Source of the DNA: Felis catus
Taxonomy: Eukaryota
NCBI RefSeq assembly: GCF_018350175.1
Contig: NC_058368.1
Location: forward strand, 3,782,001-3,846,000
Direction of reading: 5' to 3'
DNA: 64,000 nucleotides
In this document: positions 63,752 through 64,000 of the stretch, piece by piece
Layout of the letters: each line of letters begins with the position of its first letter
Position numbering within the stretch: position 1 is the stretch's first letter
Position numbers and translations under genes: made by a program
Notes under the pieces: generated by a model
Database searches by the model: none
What the model was told of the DNA's origin: nothing
Seen by the model: only the letters and a program-made list of their open reading frames with translations

Positions 63752-64000
63752 ATCTGTACTAATGAAAACAATCAATTCCAAAGGAATCAAAACTTCCGTC
63801 GTGAAATAGTTTTCAACATAGACTGACATTGTCAACTTTAAAAATTAAACAACAAAGGCTGTCAAGCAGCAAATTGGTTTATTGGGGCACAGCAGAGAAG
63901 TCGCGGGTTAGGACGCACAAACTACAGGGAACCCCAGGCAAGTCCAGAGAACAAAAACATCCTTTTGTTTGTTTTTAAGTATAATTAATTGTCAAGTTGG

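Noticed and set aside
1..64000. CRISPR arrays, prokaryotic operons, NUMT or intact endogenous viral ORFs
   Set aside because: No regularly spaced repeat-spacer units, no gene-dense tract and no mitochondrial or viral-like translations seen; the repeated motifs are SINE copies

Overview
Mammalian genomic DNA from a felid (cat or a close relative). The basis is about 30 tRNA-derived CAN-SINE (SINEC-type) copies, including near-consensus young copies, plus carnivore-type L1 3' ends. Most of the window is repeat-rich non-coding DNA: L1, L2, MIR, MLT1 LTRs, MER44, MER58/MER5 and microsatellites. I recognise no protein-coding exon or gene, and the ORF track is largely explained by repeats, GC richness or chance. 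The main functional landmark is a CpG island at about 56.1-57.6 kb, most likely the promoter and first exon of an unidentified + strand gene, possibly with a divergent - strand non-coding transcript. The best observations are (1) an imperfect 38-bp-arm inverted repeat in the island carrying two convergent CTCF-consensus motifs, (2) a tailless 30-nt U6 retrocopy with a perfect 13-bp TSD inside a SINE tail, (3) a roughly 380-bp inversion in an L1 containing a fold-back SINE, (4) repeated opposite-strand insertions into SINE tails, (5) a CpG-rich, YY1-motif-bearing LTR-like block at 21.6-23.2 kb, and (6) homeodomain/MEF2 motif clusters in repeat-free DNA. I found no firm evidence of a wholly new biological system. 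Repeat family names come from recalled consensus features, not from a search, and most boundaries are approximate.
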